Assembly: GCA_965213675.1 (NCBI GenBank)
Contig: OZ243916.1
Location: forward strand, 3,008,001 to 3,072,000
Reading direction: 5' to 3'
From: an uncultured Candidatus Binatia bacterium
Lineage (GTDB): Bacteria; Desulfobacterota; Binatia; UBA9968; JAJDTQ01
Length of the DNA: 64,000 nt
How positions within the stretch are numbered: position 1 is the stretch's first letter; every line of letters begins with the position of its first letter. Made by a program: the position numbers and the translations under genes. Of the stretch, positions 10,070 to 19,475 are shown piece by piece. A model generated the notes under the pieces. The model was not told the origin of the DNA and made no database searches. It worked only from the letters and a program-made list of their open reading frames with translations.

Positions 10070-10105
10070 CCCCGGGTCAAGCTTGCCCCGGGCTTTGACC
10101 CGGGG
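10070..10105. repeat. Intergenic palindrome (CCCCGGGTCAAG...TTGACCCGGGG), REP-like
   Basis: Inverted repeat between the divergent amidohydrolase and grdE-like genes. Confidence 0.5.
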
Positions 10106-10214
10106 CCCATGGTGACGGGCAGGAGGGCGGTTTCGGTGCTCGCACTGCCCGGCCGGGTTTGGTAGACAGGGGTTTGCCTTCATCGGACGAGCCGATTCCG
10201 GCTGAGGAGGTCGC

Positions 10215-11471
10215 GTGGATTTCGAGCTGGCCCATTACCCTGTCCGGTCCCTTTCCTGGGGCGCCAAGACCGAATATCGAGAAGGCGAACTCATTGTCAA
10301 CCGCGAGGCGCTGCGCGCCGAACTGCTGGCGGAACCGCTCATTGATGACGTCGAGCTGAGCATCGTCCGGCCTGGCGAGCGCACCCGGGTGCTCCACGTG
10401 GTGGACATCGTCGAGCCGCGCTGGAAGGACCCGGAACGCGGCGGCGCGTTCCCCGGCAGCCTCGGACCGTTGTACCAGTGCGGCCTCGGCCGCACCCACG
10501 CGCTGGACGGCGTGGCCGTGGTGACGTCCGGTTCCCTGCCCCGGTCCGAGGAGGCCATCATCGACATGTGCGGCCCCGGCAGCGAGCTCAGCCGGTTCGG
10601 CCAAATGCCCGGGCTGGTGGTGCTGCCCAAGGCGCGGGACGGATCCGACCCGGGCGAGTTCGGCCTCGCGCTCATGCGCGCCGGGCTTCGCACGGCCGTC
10701 CTCCTGGCCCAGACCACGCGAGGGGTGGAGCCGGCCCGCAACGAAAGGTTCTCCCTGGAACTTGGACGCAATGCGTCGGCGGACCTGCCGCGTATCGGCT
10801 ACCTGAGCTTTTCGTACTCCCACGGCATCGGCCGCCAGAAGCTCTTCTACGGCGTGAGCACCAAGGACATGGTACCCAGCGTGGTGCATCCCAACGAGCT
10901 GCTGGACGGGGCGCTGGTGAACGACGGCTATACCAAGCCCACCAAGAACGCCACCCACGACATCCTGAACCACCCGATGATCCGGGAGCTCCACCGCCGC
11001 CACAACCGCGACCTCGTGTTCGCGGGCATGGTCATCGCCAACCACCACGCCACCTACGACGAGAAGGCGGCCACGGCGTGGCACGCGGCGCGCCTGCTCA
11101 GACACGTGGTGGCGGCCGAGGCGGTGGTCATCACCAAGGACGGCGGCGGCCAGGCGGACGTGGACCTGATGCTGGCCTGCCGGGCCTGCGAGGAAGTGGG
11201 CCTGCGCACGGTGTTGGTGGCCAAGGAGGAGTCCGGCGGCGACGGTCCGGCGTTGGTGGACGTGGCGCCCCAGGCGGACGCCATGGTGAGCGTGGGCAAC
11301 TGTCCCGAGAAGGTCCGCCTCGAAGAGTCCATGGAATGTGTCATCGGCGGCGACGCCTTTCTCGGCGCCATCCACGGGGACGTGGCCGGGACAGTGGAGA
11401 TCCCGGTCCAGAACATCATCGGCGCCATCGATCCCATCGGCGGCTCGACGCTGACGGCCCGGCCGGGGTAG
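10215..11471 (+). CDS. Glycine/sarcosine/betaine reductase component B proprotein-like subunit (GrdE/GrdG/GrdI family)
   Basis: DIVEPRWK, GRTHALDG, IIDMCGPG, VHPNELLDGA, NHPMIRELH and MVSVGN motifs; GAGGAGG RBS; adjacent to a GrdB-like gene. Confidence 0.85.
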   Translation: MDFELAHYPVRSLSWGAKTEYREGELIVNREALRAELLAEPLIDDVELSIVRPGERTRVLHVVDIVEPRWKDPERGGAFPGSLGPLYQCGLGRTHALDGVAVVTSGSLPRSEEAIIDMCGPGSELSRFGQMPGLVVLPKARDGSDPGEFGLALMRAGLRTAVLLAQTTRGVEPARNERFSLELGRNASADLPRIGYLSFSYSHGIGRQKLFYGVSTKDMVPSVVHPNELLDGALVNDGYTKPTKNATHDILNHPMIRELHRRHNRDLVFAGMVIANHHATYDEKAATAWHAARLLRHVVAAEAVVITKDGGGQADVDLMLACRACEEVGLRTVLVAKEESGGDGPALVDVAPQADAMVSVGNCPEKVRLEESMECVIGGDAFLGAIHGDVAGTVEIPVQNIIGAIDPIGGSTLTARPG

Positions 11472-11482
11472 GGAGGAGCAAG

Positions 11483-12772
11483 ATGAAACGAATCGTCCAC
11501 TACGTGAACCAGTTCTTTGCCGGTGTCGGCGGGGAGGAAGTCGCGGGTTCCCCGCCCGGCGCGCTGAAGGGCGCGGTGGGGCCGGGCAGGCTGCTGCAGA
11601 ACCTGCTGGGAGAGGGCGGCGGCATCGTCGCCACGGTTTACTGCGGCGACGACCACTTCTCCGAGAACGAGGAGGCGGCTACGGCCCGGCTGCTGGAACT
11701 CGTGAAGGCGGCCGAGCCGGACCTCCTGTTCGCGGGGCCGGCCTTCGGCTCGGGGCGCTACGGGCTGGCGTGCGCGGGGATGTGCCGGGCGGTGGGCGCC
11801 GAGTTGGGATTACCGGTGCTGACCGCCATGTCGCCGTCCAACCCGGGGGCGGACACGATCCGGAGCGAGGTCCCGGTGGTCGGGACCGGGGAGTCGTCGG
11901 GCGACATGCGCGCCGCCATCGAGGCTGCCGCGGCCGTGATCGTGAAGATGCTCGCTGGCGAAATCGTGGCTCCAGGCAGCGACGAGAGCCTGATCCCCCG
12001 CGGCGGCCGCTGGAACACGCGGGTGTCCAAGCGCGCGGCGGAGCGGGCCGTGGACCTGCTGCTGGCCAAGGTCGCGGGCGGACCGATGGAGACGGAGATC
12101 CCGCTGCCGGCATTCCAGGAGGTGGCGCCGGCGCCGGGCATCCGCGACCTCGGCCACGCCAAGATCGCGCTGGTCACCACCGGCGGCCTGGTCCCCCGTG
12201 GCAACCCCGATGGCATCAAATCGTACCTGTCCACGCACTTTGGCGCTTACGACATGACGGAACGGGAACGCCTCACCGGGGAGGAATTCGAATCGGTGCA
12301 CGGCGGGTTCTTCACCGCCATGGTGAACGAGGATCCCAACCGGCTGATTCCTTTGGACGCGCTGCGCCAGGCGGTGCGCGCGGGCTCGGTGGGCGCGCTG
12401 CACGAGCGCTTCTATTCCACCACGGGCAACGGCACTCCTGTCGAGACCGCCGCGGATATGGCGCGGGACATCGCCGCATCGCTGGAGGAGGACCGTGTCG
12501 ACGGCGTCCTCCTTACCTCCGCGTGAGGCACCTGCACTCGCTGCGGCGCAGCGATGGCCAAGGAACTGGAACGAAGCGGCATCCCGACGGTGCATGTGAC
12601 CAATCTCGTCTCGGTGTCGGAGAACACCGGCGCCAAGCGGATCATGTCGGGACGGGCCATTCCCCACGTGTTCGGCGACCCGTCTCTGGAGGCGGATGAA
12701 GAGCGGCGGCTGCGGCAACGGCTGGTGGAGCAGGCGCTGGACCTGCTGCGGGCGCAGGAGGGCGTGTCGTGA
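11483..12772 (+). CDS. grdB: Glycine/sarcosine/betaine reductase selenoprotein B (GrdB/GrdF/GrdH family), 429 aa with Sec at codon 348
   Basis: MKRIVHYVNQFFAGVGGEE start; in-frame TGA at 12524-12526 inside LLTSA-U-GTCTRCGAAMAKELERSGIP (UxxCxxC motif); ORF track splits it in two. Confidence 0.9.
12538..12554 (+). promoter_or_regulatory. Putative bacterial SECIS hairpin
   Basis: TCGCTGC-GGC-GCAGCGA stem-loop begins 11 nt after the UGA; loop starts with G, 18 nt from the UGA. Confidence 0.7.
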
Positions 12773-12886
12773 GGGGCCGCCCCTGATCCGCTCTGGCTTC
12801 CCGCCCCTGAGCGAAGCCGCAGGCACGCCTCCGCCGGATTGACGGGAGGGGCTGACCCGGCCGAGGCACCTCGAGCCAATCCATCC

Positions 12887-12915
12887 TTGACATGCGCGCC
12901 GTAAAGTCGGTTAAT
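12887..12915 (+). promoter_or_regulatory. Putative sigma70 promoter for tctC
   Basis: TTGACA-N17-GTTAAT upstream of an AGGAGG RBS. Confidence 0.45.
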
Positions 12916-12945
12916 CGCCCCATCTAACCCAAGAGGAGGCAACTC

Positions 12946-13992
12946 ATGGTTCGGAGAATTCTCGTTCTGATGGCAGGGCTGATGCTGCTGGCGGGCCCGG
13001 CATGGGCCGACTCGGTGGCGGATTTCTACAAGGGCAAGACCATTCGTATCGTCGTGGGCTATGGTCCCGGAGGCACCACCGACCTGACCACCCGGCTGAT
13101 CGCGCCGGTGCTGCACAAGTACATTCCGGGAAGTCCGCGGATCGTGGTCCAGAACAAGCCGGGCGGCGGCAGCATGCTGGCGGCCAATACGGTGTTCAAC
13201 AACGAGCGCAGGGACGGCACCGTGATCGCGGGCGTCAGCAGCAGTCTCGTGTTGAAGCAGGCTCGCGGCGTGAAGGGGATCCGGTTCGACGGCAAGGATT
13301 TCAATTGGGTCGCGAGCGCCTTCCGGGCCAACTCCGCGTGCGCGGTGCGGGCGGATGCGGGCGTGAAGACGTGGGCGGATGCGGTGAATACCAAGAAACA
13401 GCTCATCATGTCGAGCTTCGACAAGGGCGGCTTGTCCCACCTGGAGCCGATCATCTTAAACGCGGTTTTCGGCAGCAACTTCAAGGCCGTCACGGGATTT
13501 CCCAGCGGCGGCGCGCAGCGCCTGGCGGTGAAGAACGGCGAGGTGAACGGCTTCTGCACGACCTTTCAGACGATGCAGAGCACCGAGATCGCCATGTTCG
13601 AGGGTGAGGCGAAATGCTGCCGGGTGCTCATCATCGCCGGTGAGGAGAAGGCCGACCATCCCCTGCTGAAGGGCGTGCCCGCGGCTGAGGCGCTGGCCAA
13701 GGAACTTGGCAAGAGCGCGGAAGAGTTGGCCATGCTGAGGGCGATGAACGCCACCAACCAGATCAGCATTGTCCACACGCTTCCGCCCGGAGTGCCGGCG
13801 GACCGCGTCGAGGCCATGCGCGACGCCTTTGCCAAGGCGTACAGCGACCCGCAGGTCCAGGCCTTGGCGAAGAAGCAGAATCGGAATCTGCAGCCAAGGC
13901 GCGGCGACAACGTGGCCGATGTCGTCAACGACTTGCTCGGCACTCCCAAGTCCGTGATGGACCGGATCAAGGCGCTCATCGCGAAGGGCTGA
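12946..13992 (+). CDS. tctC: Tripartite tricarboxylate transporter substrate-binding protein (Bug/TctC family)
   Basis: Signal peptide, FYKGKTIRIVVGYGPGGTTD, VQNKPGGGS and LPPGVPADRV motifs. Confidence 0.8.
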   Translation: MVRRILVLMAGLMLLAGPAWADSVADFYKGKTIRIVVGYGPGGTTDLTTRLIAPVLHKYIPGSPRIVVQNKPGGGSMLAANTVFNNERRDGTVIAGVSSSLVLKQARGVKGIRFDGKDFNWVASAFRANSACAVRADAGVKTWADAVNTKKQLIMSSFDKGGLSHLEPIILNAVFGSNFKAVTGFPSGGAQRLAVKNGEVNGFCTTFQTMQSTEIAMFEGEAKCCRVLIIAGEEKADHPLLKGVPAAEALAKELGKSAEELAMLRAMNATNQISIVHTLPPGVPADRVEAMRDAFAKAYSDPQVQALAKKQNRNLQPRRGDNVADVVNDLLGTPKSVMDRIKALIAKG

Positions 13993-14217
13993 GTCCGGCG
14001 GCGTGCGCCGGCCGATGGATCGTGTGCGGAACCGGGGTCCGGTTCGCGTTTGCCGCTGGCGGACGCGGGCCGGTTTCCCGATCCTCCGAGTTCAGTCTCC
14101 AACCGGAAGACGGTTGCACCAGCCGGTCCCGTTGGGAGTCTGCAGGAGCCTGTTGGTCTTCGATGCCGCTTCGCTACGCTCAGGACGAACGGTGTAGGCT
14201 GACACTCTCATAGCACC

Positions 14218-15723
14218 ATGCTCGAAGCCTTAGTTACGGGTCTGCTCCAAGTATTCAATCAGACGACGTTCCTGCTGATGCTGGTGGGCATCTTCCTGGG
14301 CTTCATCGTCGGGATTCTGCCCGGCATCGGCAGCCCCGGGGCGGTGGCTCTCATGCTGCCGTTCATCTTCACCATGGACCCGGTGCAGGCGTTTGCCTTC
14401 CTGCTCGGGATGTACGCGGTCACCGGCACCACCGGCGACATTACCTCGATCCTGTTCGGCGTGCCCGGGGAGGTGGTGTCCACGGCCACCATCATCGACG
14501 GGCACCCCATGGCCAAGAAAGGCGAGGCCGGCCGCGCCCTGGGTGCGGCGCTCATGAGTTCGCTCGTGGGGGCCATCGTGGGCGCCTTCTCCCTGGCCGC
14601 GGCCATCCCCATCGTCACCCCGCTGGTACTGTCCTTCAAATCGCCGGAATTCTTCTCCCTGGCGATCCTGGGTATCTGTTTTCTCGCGGCGTTGAGCGGC
14701 GACAACAAGCTCAAGGGAGTGCTGGCCGGCGGGCTCGGACTGGTGCTCTCCACCGTCGGCCTGGATTACCAGGAGAACATCGAGCGCTACACGTTCGGGT
14801 TGGTGAACCTGTGGGAAGGGGTCGGGCTCATCGCCGCGGCCGTGGGATTGTTCGCGGTGCCCGAGATCGTGGAACTTTGGGTCAAGGGTTCCAGCATCGC
14901 GGAGGCCAAGGTGGGCAAGCTCGGCGGCGTGTGGCAGGGTGTCAAGGACACCTTCACGCACATCGGCATCACCGTCCGCTGCAGCATGATCGGCACGTTC
15001 TTCGGGCTTGTGCCCGGAGTGAGTGCCGCCCTGTCCCAGTGGGTGTCCTACGCCCACGCGGTCCAGAGCACCCGGGACCGCAGCGGCTTCGGCAAGGGAG
15101 ATGTCCGCGGGGTGCTGGGGCCCGGCGCGGCCAACAACTCCGGTATCGGCGCGGCCATGATTCCCACCGTGGCGTTCGGCGTGCCCGGCAGCGCCACCAC
15201 CGCCATCCTGCTGGGCGCCTTCATCATCCAGGGGTTGCAACCCGGGCCGAAGATGCTCACCGAGCATCTGTCCCTGACCTTCTCGTTCGTCTGGCTCATC
15301 GTCATCTCCAACATCATCACGGTGACGCTGTGCCTGCTTTTCCTGAACCAGTTGGCCAAGATCACCCAGATTCGCGGGTCGCTGCTGATTCCCGCCCTGT
15401 TCATGCTCATTTTCCTGGCGGGCTTCGCCAACACCAATTCCTATTTCGCCATGACCACTACGCTCGTGTTCGGCGTTGCCGGCGTGGTCATGGTGAACCG
15501 CGGCTGGCCTCGTCCGCCGCTGGTGCTGGGTCTGGTGCTGGGGTCGCTGGTGGAGCGGAACCTGTTCATCTCGTACGAGATCTACGGGCTCTGGTTCCTG
15601 ACGCGACCCATCGTCATGGTGACCTTCGGGGTTGCCCTGGTGGTGATCTTCCTTCCCGGACTGCAGGACTGGATGGCCAAGCGCGCCAAGCCCGACGAGG
15701 AAATCGTTGCGCAATCGGACTGA
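14218..15723 (+). CDS. tctA: Tripartite tricarboxylate transporter large permease
   Basis: GILPGIG, ILFGVPG, DGHPMAKKGEAGRAL and AANNS...IPTVAFGVPGS motifs. Confidence 0.9.
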   Translation: MLEALVTGLLQVFNQTTFLLMLVGIFLGFIVGILPGIGSPGAVALMLPFIFTMDPVQAFAFLLGMYAVTGTTGDITSILFGVPGEVVSTATIIDGHPMAKKGEAGRALGAALMSSLVGAIVGAFSLAAAIPIVTPLVLSFKSPEFFSLAILGICFLAALSGDNKLKGVLAGGLGLVLSTVGLDYQENIERYTFGLVNLWEGVGLIAAAVGLFAVPEIVELWVKGSSIAEAKVGKLGGVWQGVKDTFTHIGITVRCSMIGTFFGLVPGVSAALSQWVSYAHAVQSTRDRSGFGKGDVRGVLGPGAANNSGIGAAMIPTVAFGVPGSATTAILLGAFIIQGLQPGPKMLTEHLSLTFSFVWLIVISNIITVTLCLLFLNQLAKITQIRGSLLIPALFMLIFLAGFANTNSYFAMTTTLVFGVAGVVMVNRGWPRPPLVLGLVLGSLVERNLFISYEIYGLWFLTRPIVMVTFGVALVVIFLPGLQDWMAKRAKPDEEIVAQSD

Positions 15724-16252
15724 CATCACCATCGGTGCCTTGCTGGTGGTGCTGCTCTCGTGGGCGGTGTGGGAGGCCCAGGACTGGCCGGCGCGCACCC
15801 GGTTCTTCCCCTTGGCCATCGGTTATCCGGTGCTGGTGATGGCGGTGATGCATCTGGCCTACAGTCTGTGGCTCGGACTGCGGCCGCCCGTGCCCGCGAG
15901 CGCGGCGGAAACGAGCCAGGCGGCGATGGATGAGGGTCCTCCCATGGATCCGGCCCTCGTGCGCCGGCGCACCCTCGAGATATCCGTCTGGGCCGTGCTC
16001 TTCGCGCTGGGCCTGTGGCTGCTGGGGTTCAAGGTGGGCGGGCTCGTCATTCCACCGATCTTCCTGCGCTTCCAGGCGCGCGAGACCTGGCGGACGAGCG
16101 TCCTGTACGGCTTCGTCGTCTATCTGTTCTTCTGGGGCGGTCTGGAGCGAGCCCTGTCGTTCCCCCTGCCTCCCGGCCGCATCGCCTACTCCCTGGGGCT
16201 CTATTCCTTCGATTCCTATCTGACGGATCCGCTCCTCAACCTGTTCCGGTAA
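15707..16252 (+). CDS. tctB: Tripartite tricarboxylate transporter small permease
   Basis: About 4-5 TM segments, ARTRFFP and LPPG motifs; overlaps the tctA end. Confidence 0.75.
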   Translation: MRNRTDITIGALLVVLLSWAVWEAQDWPARTRFFPLAIGYPVLVMAVMHLAYSLWLGLRPPVPASAAETSQAAMDEGPPMDPALVRRRTLEISVWAVLFALGLWLLGFKVGGLVIPPIFLRFQARETWRTSVLYGFVVYLFFWGGLERALSFPLPPGRIAYSLGLYSFDSYLTDPLLNLFR

Positions 16253-17063
16253 CGGGGCCGGCCGGTGCGGCCGCGCTCCAGTACTCGTGAAAATGATGAA
16301 CCGGACTGTGCCCGCGACCGATGGAAAAAGCGTGGCTGATGGCCTGGGTGATGAATTCCTTGGCCTCGGCCACGGCGGCGTCCACGGGCTTGCCCTGGGC
16401 CAGAGCGCAGGCCAGCGCCGCGGAGTAGGTGCATCCGGTGCCGTGCGTGTGCTTCGTTCGTACTCGCGGAGCGGAAAACACGCGGAATACCTTCCCGTCG
16501 TGGAAGACGTCGTCGGCGGCGCCACGGCGATGACCTCCCTTGACCACGACGCTCCGTGCGCCCATGTCGACCATGCGGCGGGCCATGTCCCTGATGGCAT
16601 TGACGCTGGTCCCGGCCGTGCCGGTCAGCGCCTGGGCTTCGGGAAGGTTTGGTGTGACGATGGTCGCCAGCGGGAAGAGATGCGTCTTCAGCGCTTGGAC
16701 GGCGTTCTCCTGAAGCAGCCGGTGGCCGCTGGTGGCTACCATGACCGGGTCCACCACCAGGCGTTCAATACGGTGCTCGCGGACCTTCCCGGCTACCACG
16801 CGGATGATCCGGGCGTTGGCGAGCATGCCGGTCTTGACTGCGTCGGCGCCGATGTCCTCCAGGACGGCATCGATCTGGGCGGCGACCACGGATGCCGGCG
16901 TTTCGAGAACCCGCGTCACCCCGGTGGTGTTCTGGGCAGTGATGGCCGTGACCACGGACGTGCCGTAAACGCCCAGGGCGGCAAATGTCTTGAGGTCGGC
17001 TTGAAGGCCGGCACCGGCGCCGGAGTCCGACCCGGCGATGGTCAGCGCTTTGCGTACCTTCAC
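16236..17063 (-). CDS. thiD: Hydroxymethylpyrimidine/phosphomethylpyrimidine kinase
   Basis: ALTIAGSDSGAGAGLQADLKT, KTGML and THGTGCT motifs; start placed at GTG 17063 (uncertain). Confidence 0.92.
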   Translation of the reverse strand: MKVRKALTIAGSDSGAGAGLQADLKTFAALGVYGTSVVTAITAQNTTGVTRVLETPASVVAAQIDAVLEDIGADAVKTGMLANARIIRVVAGKVREHRIERLVVDPVMVATSGHRLLQENAVQALKTHLFPLATIVTPNLPEAQALTGTAGTSVNAIRDMARRMVDMGARSVVVKGGHRRGAADDVFHDGKVFRVFSAPRVRTKHTHGTGCTYSAALACALAQGKPVDAAVAEAKEFITQAISHAFSIGRGHSPVHHFHEYWSAAAPAGPVTGTG

Positions 17064-17379
17064 TCGACGGCTCTTCTCCAGGTCCACATCGTCCTCCGCA
17101 ACCGGAATCTGGCGAGTGGGTCGTTCTGAAGCCCGACACCCCGGAGTCCGATTTCCCAGGCTGTGTCGAAACCCTTTCGAACCGGGGACAGCGAATTCCT
17201 GCGGCGCAGGCTCCTCGGCCATAGTCCTTGCCGCGTGGATCGGATCATCTCAATGAGTACCCTTCCCCACCGGCCGACACAAACGCACGTATATCACCAG
17301 CGCCAGTGATGTCGCCGGCGCAAATGGTGTTTGACATCCCTGCCGTTTCCTGATGGCATAACCGGCCACGGGTGATGCC

Positions 17380-17970
17380 ATGCAAGACATGCTTTCGAAA
17401 GACCGCCTTCAGGGTTTCTTCCTCAACATGACCCGGCAGTGTTTCGGCGAACTGGGCATTCGTGACGCGGAGGTGACGGGTTACGTCGCCGATGTGCTGA
17501 CGGAGTTCGCCCGCAGCGACCGCCTGTTCCGCGTACGTTCCCGGAAGCAGCACCGGTTGGAGAGCGTGGTGGAGATGCTGGCGGACGAGCATGCGGTGCT
17601 GCCGGATGGGACCCCTGCGTTCGCTGGCGAGAACACGCTGATGCGGGAACGGCGGTTCCGCAAGTACCTTGGCGATTACACCTTGTTCATGAGCGGGGTG
17701 TTTCGCTCCTACGTCGAGCGCGGCGGTTACCTGGACTACTATATCCGGGAAGGCAGCCGCTCCTACATGAAGGTTTCCGAGGTGGATCTGTCGCTCTATC
17801 GCACCGGCTTCCTGCTGTTCCAGGAGCTTTCGGAGAAGTTCGAGTACTTCTCCGGTGCGCTTGATTACATGCACAAGGCCTACTTCGCGGACTCGCCCAA
17901 AAAGGATCCGTTCTCCGGTTTTCTCAAGCAGATCGAAGGATGGATGAAGGTGAACGTCACCGAGAACTGA
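17380..17970 (+). CDS. Hypothetical protein
   Basis: Clean ORF with host-like codon bias (RKYLGDYTLFMSGVF...YYIREGSRSY); TTGACA upstream; precedes mltG. Confidence 0.7.
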   Translation: MQDMLSKDRLQGFFLNMTRQCFGELGIRDAEVTGYVADVLTEFARSDRLFRVRSRKQHRLESVVEMLADEHAVLPDGTPAFAGENTLMRERRFRKYLGDYTLFMSGVFRSYVERGGYLDYYIREGSRSYMKVSEVDLSLYRTGFLLFQELSEKFEYFSGALDYMHKAYFADSPKKDPFSGFLKQIEGWMKVNVTEN

Positions 17971-17988
17971 CGCCGCCGGAGCCCCTCC

Positions 17989-18999
17989 TTGACCAGACCC
18001 TTTCTTCTTGCCGGGGGTGTTCTCCTGTGGGTAGCCTTGTTCGTCGCGGGCTATCTGTGCGCCTATCTGTGGACGCCGTACCGGGGACACTCGACGGTAA
18101 CCGAAATCGAGATCCGCAAGGGCGACTCGTTCGCCGCCATCACGCAAGAGTTGAGTGGCAAGGGGGTGATTTCCCAGTGGCGGCCCCTCATGCTGTGGGC
18201 GCAGCTTCTTGGCGCGGACAAGAAGGTGCATCCCGGTCTGTACCGCTTCGACGGGGCCGTCTCTCCCACACGGGTATTGGCTCACCTTGTGGACGGCAGG
18301 AGCGTCCGTTACAAGGTGACCGTTCCCGAGGGCCTGACGGTCCGGCAGATCGCCAATCTGCTGGAGCGGCGGAGCCGGGCGTCGGCGGCGGGGTTTCTCA
18401 CTGCGGCGATGAACCCGACGTTGCTCGAACCGTTGGGAGCCGACAGTCTGGAGGGCTACCTGTTCCCCGCGACCTACAAGTTCACCGCGCTGGCCACCGA
18501 GGAGCACATCGTCAAGACCATGCTGGAGACCTTCGAGCGCCGGTTCACGACGGAAATGGAGGCGCGCGGTCGCGACCTCGGAATGACCCGGCACCAAGTG
18601 GTCACCCTCGCCTCCATCATCGAGAAGGAAGGCGGACCCCATGACGAATGGGCGATGGTGTCCGCCGTCTTCCACAACCGCATGAAGCGAGGAATGCGGC
18701 TCCAGAGCGATCCCACGGTCATCTACGGCCTGGATGATTTCGACGGAAACTTGACGCGCCGGCACCTGCGGACGCCCGGCCCCTACAACACGTATACGAT
18801 TCACGGTCTGCCGCCGGGTCCCATCGCCAATCCCGGTCTGGCCGCGATCAACGCGGCATTGTTCCCCGCCGCGGTGGATTATCTGTATTTCGTCTCCAAG
18901 AACAACGGCAGCCACCACTTTTCCGTCACCCTGCGCGAGCACAACAAGGCCGTGGCCCGATACCAGCGCAACGGACGCCGCGGGCGCGGCGAGCAGTGA
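17989..18999 (+). CDS. mltG: Endolytic transglycosylase MltG
   Basis: LEGYLFPATY, LASIIEKE, LQSDPT, YNTY..GLPPGPIANPG and YLYFV motifs. Confidence 0.93.
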   Translation: MTRPFLLAGGVLLWVALFVAGYLCAYLWTPYRGHSTVTEIEIRKGDSFAAITQELSGKGVISQWRPLMLWAQLLGADKKVHPGLYRFDGAVSPTRVLAHLVDGRSVRYKVTVPEGLTVRQIANLLERRSRASAAGFLTAAMNPTLLEPLGADSLEGYLFPATYKFTALATEEHIVKTMLETFERRFTTEMEARGRDLGMTRHQVVTLASIIEKEGGPHDEWAMVSAVFHNRMKRGMRLQSDPTVIYGLDDFDGNLTRRHLRTPGPYNTYTIHGLPPGPIANPGLAAINAALFPAAVDYLYFVSKNNGSHHFSVTLREHNKAVARYQRNGRRGRGEQ

Positions 19000-19012
19000 C
19001 TCCGTGATTATT

Positions 19013-19039
19013 CCAGGAGCCTGCGGCGCAGGCTCCTGG
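19013..19039. repeat. Perfect palindrome CCAGGAGCCTGCG-G-CGCAGGCTCCTGG (member of the GGAGCYTGCGCCGCAGG repeat family)
   Basis: 13-bp arms directly after the mltG stop. Confidence 0.65.
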
Positions 19040-19100
19040 CCACGGCATGGTTGCGGTGGCCAAGGGTGTCAGAAAGTCCGGAGGCTGATAAGCTGATTGG

Positions 19101-19475
19101 ATGATTCCGGGTGTTTCTCTTGAGCCGGTAGATGTGAACGACACGCCGGGCGTTCCAGAGGCGCTGGCGCGGAGTTCCGGCATGTTCGCCCTGCGCGTGC
19201 ACGGCGATTCCCTGATCGAGGAACAGATCTGTGACGGCGACACGGTCCTGGTTCAGTCCGTTCCCGCCGCGCGTGACGGCGACACGGTGGTGGCGGTGGT
19301 GCAGGGCGAGGCCACGATCAAGCGATGGTCCCGCGAGGCCGGGAGCGTGCTGCTACGTTCCACCACTGAACGGTCGGAACCCATCGTGTCCGAGGAAGAC
19401 GACGTGGAGATTCGCGGCGTGGTGGTCGCGGTGGTCCGGAAGTACCAGGAGCCTGTCGGGTCTATCGAATCGTAG
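19101..19475 (+). CDS. LexA/UmuD-like S24 peptidase domain without DNA-binding domain (possible fragment)
   Basis: FALRVHGDSL (Ser) and EATIKR (Lys) motifs; in-frame TAA at 19089 precludes an N-terminal HTH. Confidence 0.7.
   Translation: MIPGVSLEPVDVNDTPGVPEALARSSGMFALRVHGDSLIEEQICDGDTVLVQSVPAARDGDTVVAVVQGEATIKRWSREAGSVLLRSTTERSEPIVSEEDDVEIRGVVVAVVRKYQEPVGSIES

Noticed and set aside
10478-11482. N-terminal extension of the 682-aa ORF 10478-12526
   Set aside because: Shadow frame over the grdE-like gene; the real start is ATG 11483 with a GGAGGAG RBS.
12554-12772. Separate 72-aa ORF, or grdB as a pseudogene
   Set aside because: It is the C-terminus of GrdB after the conserved Sec UGA.
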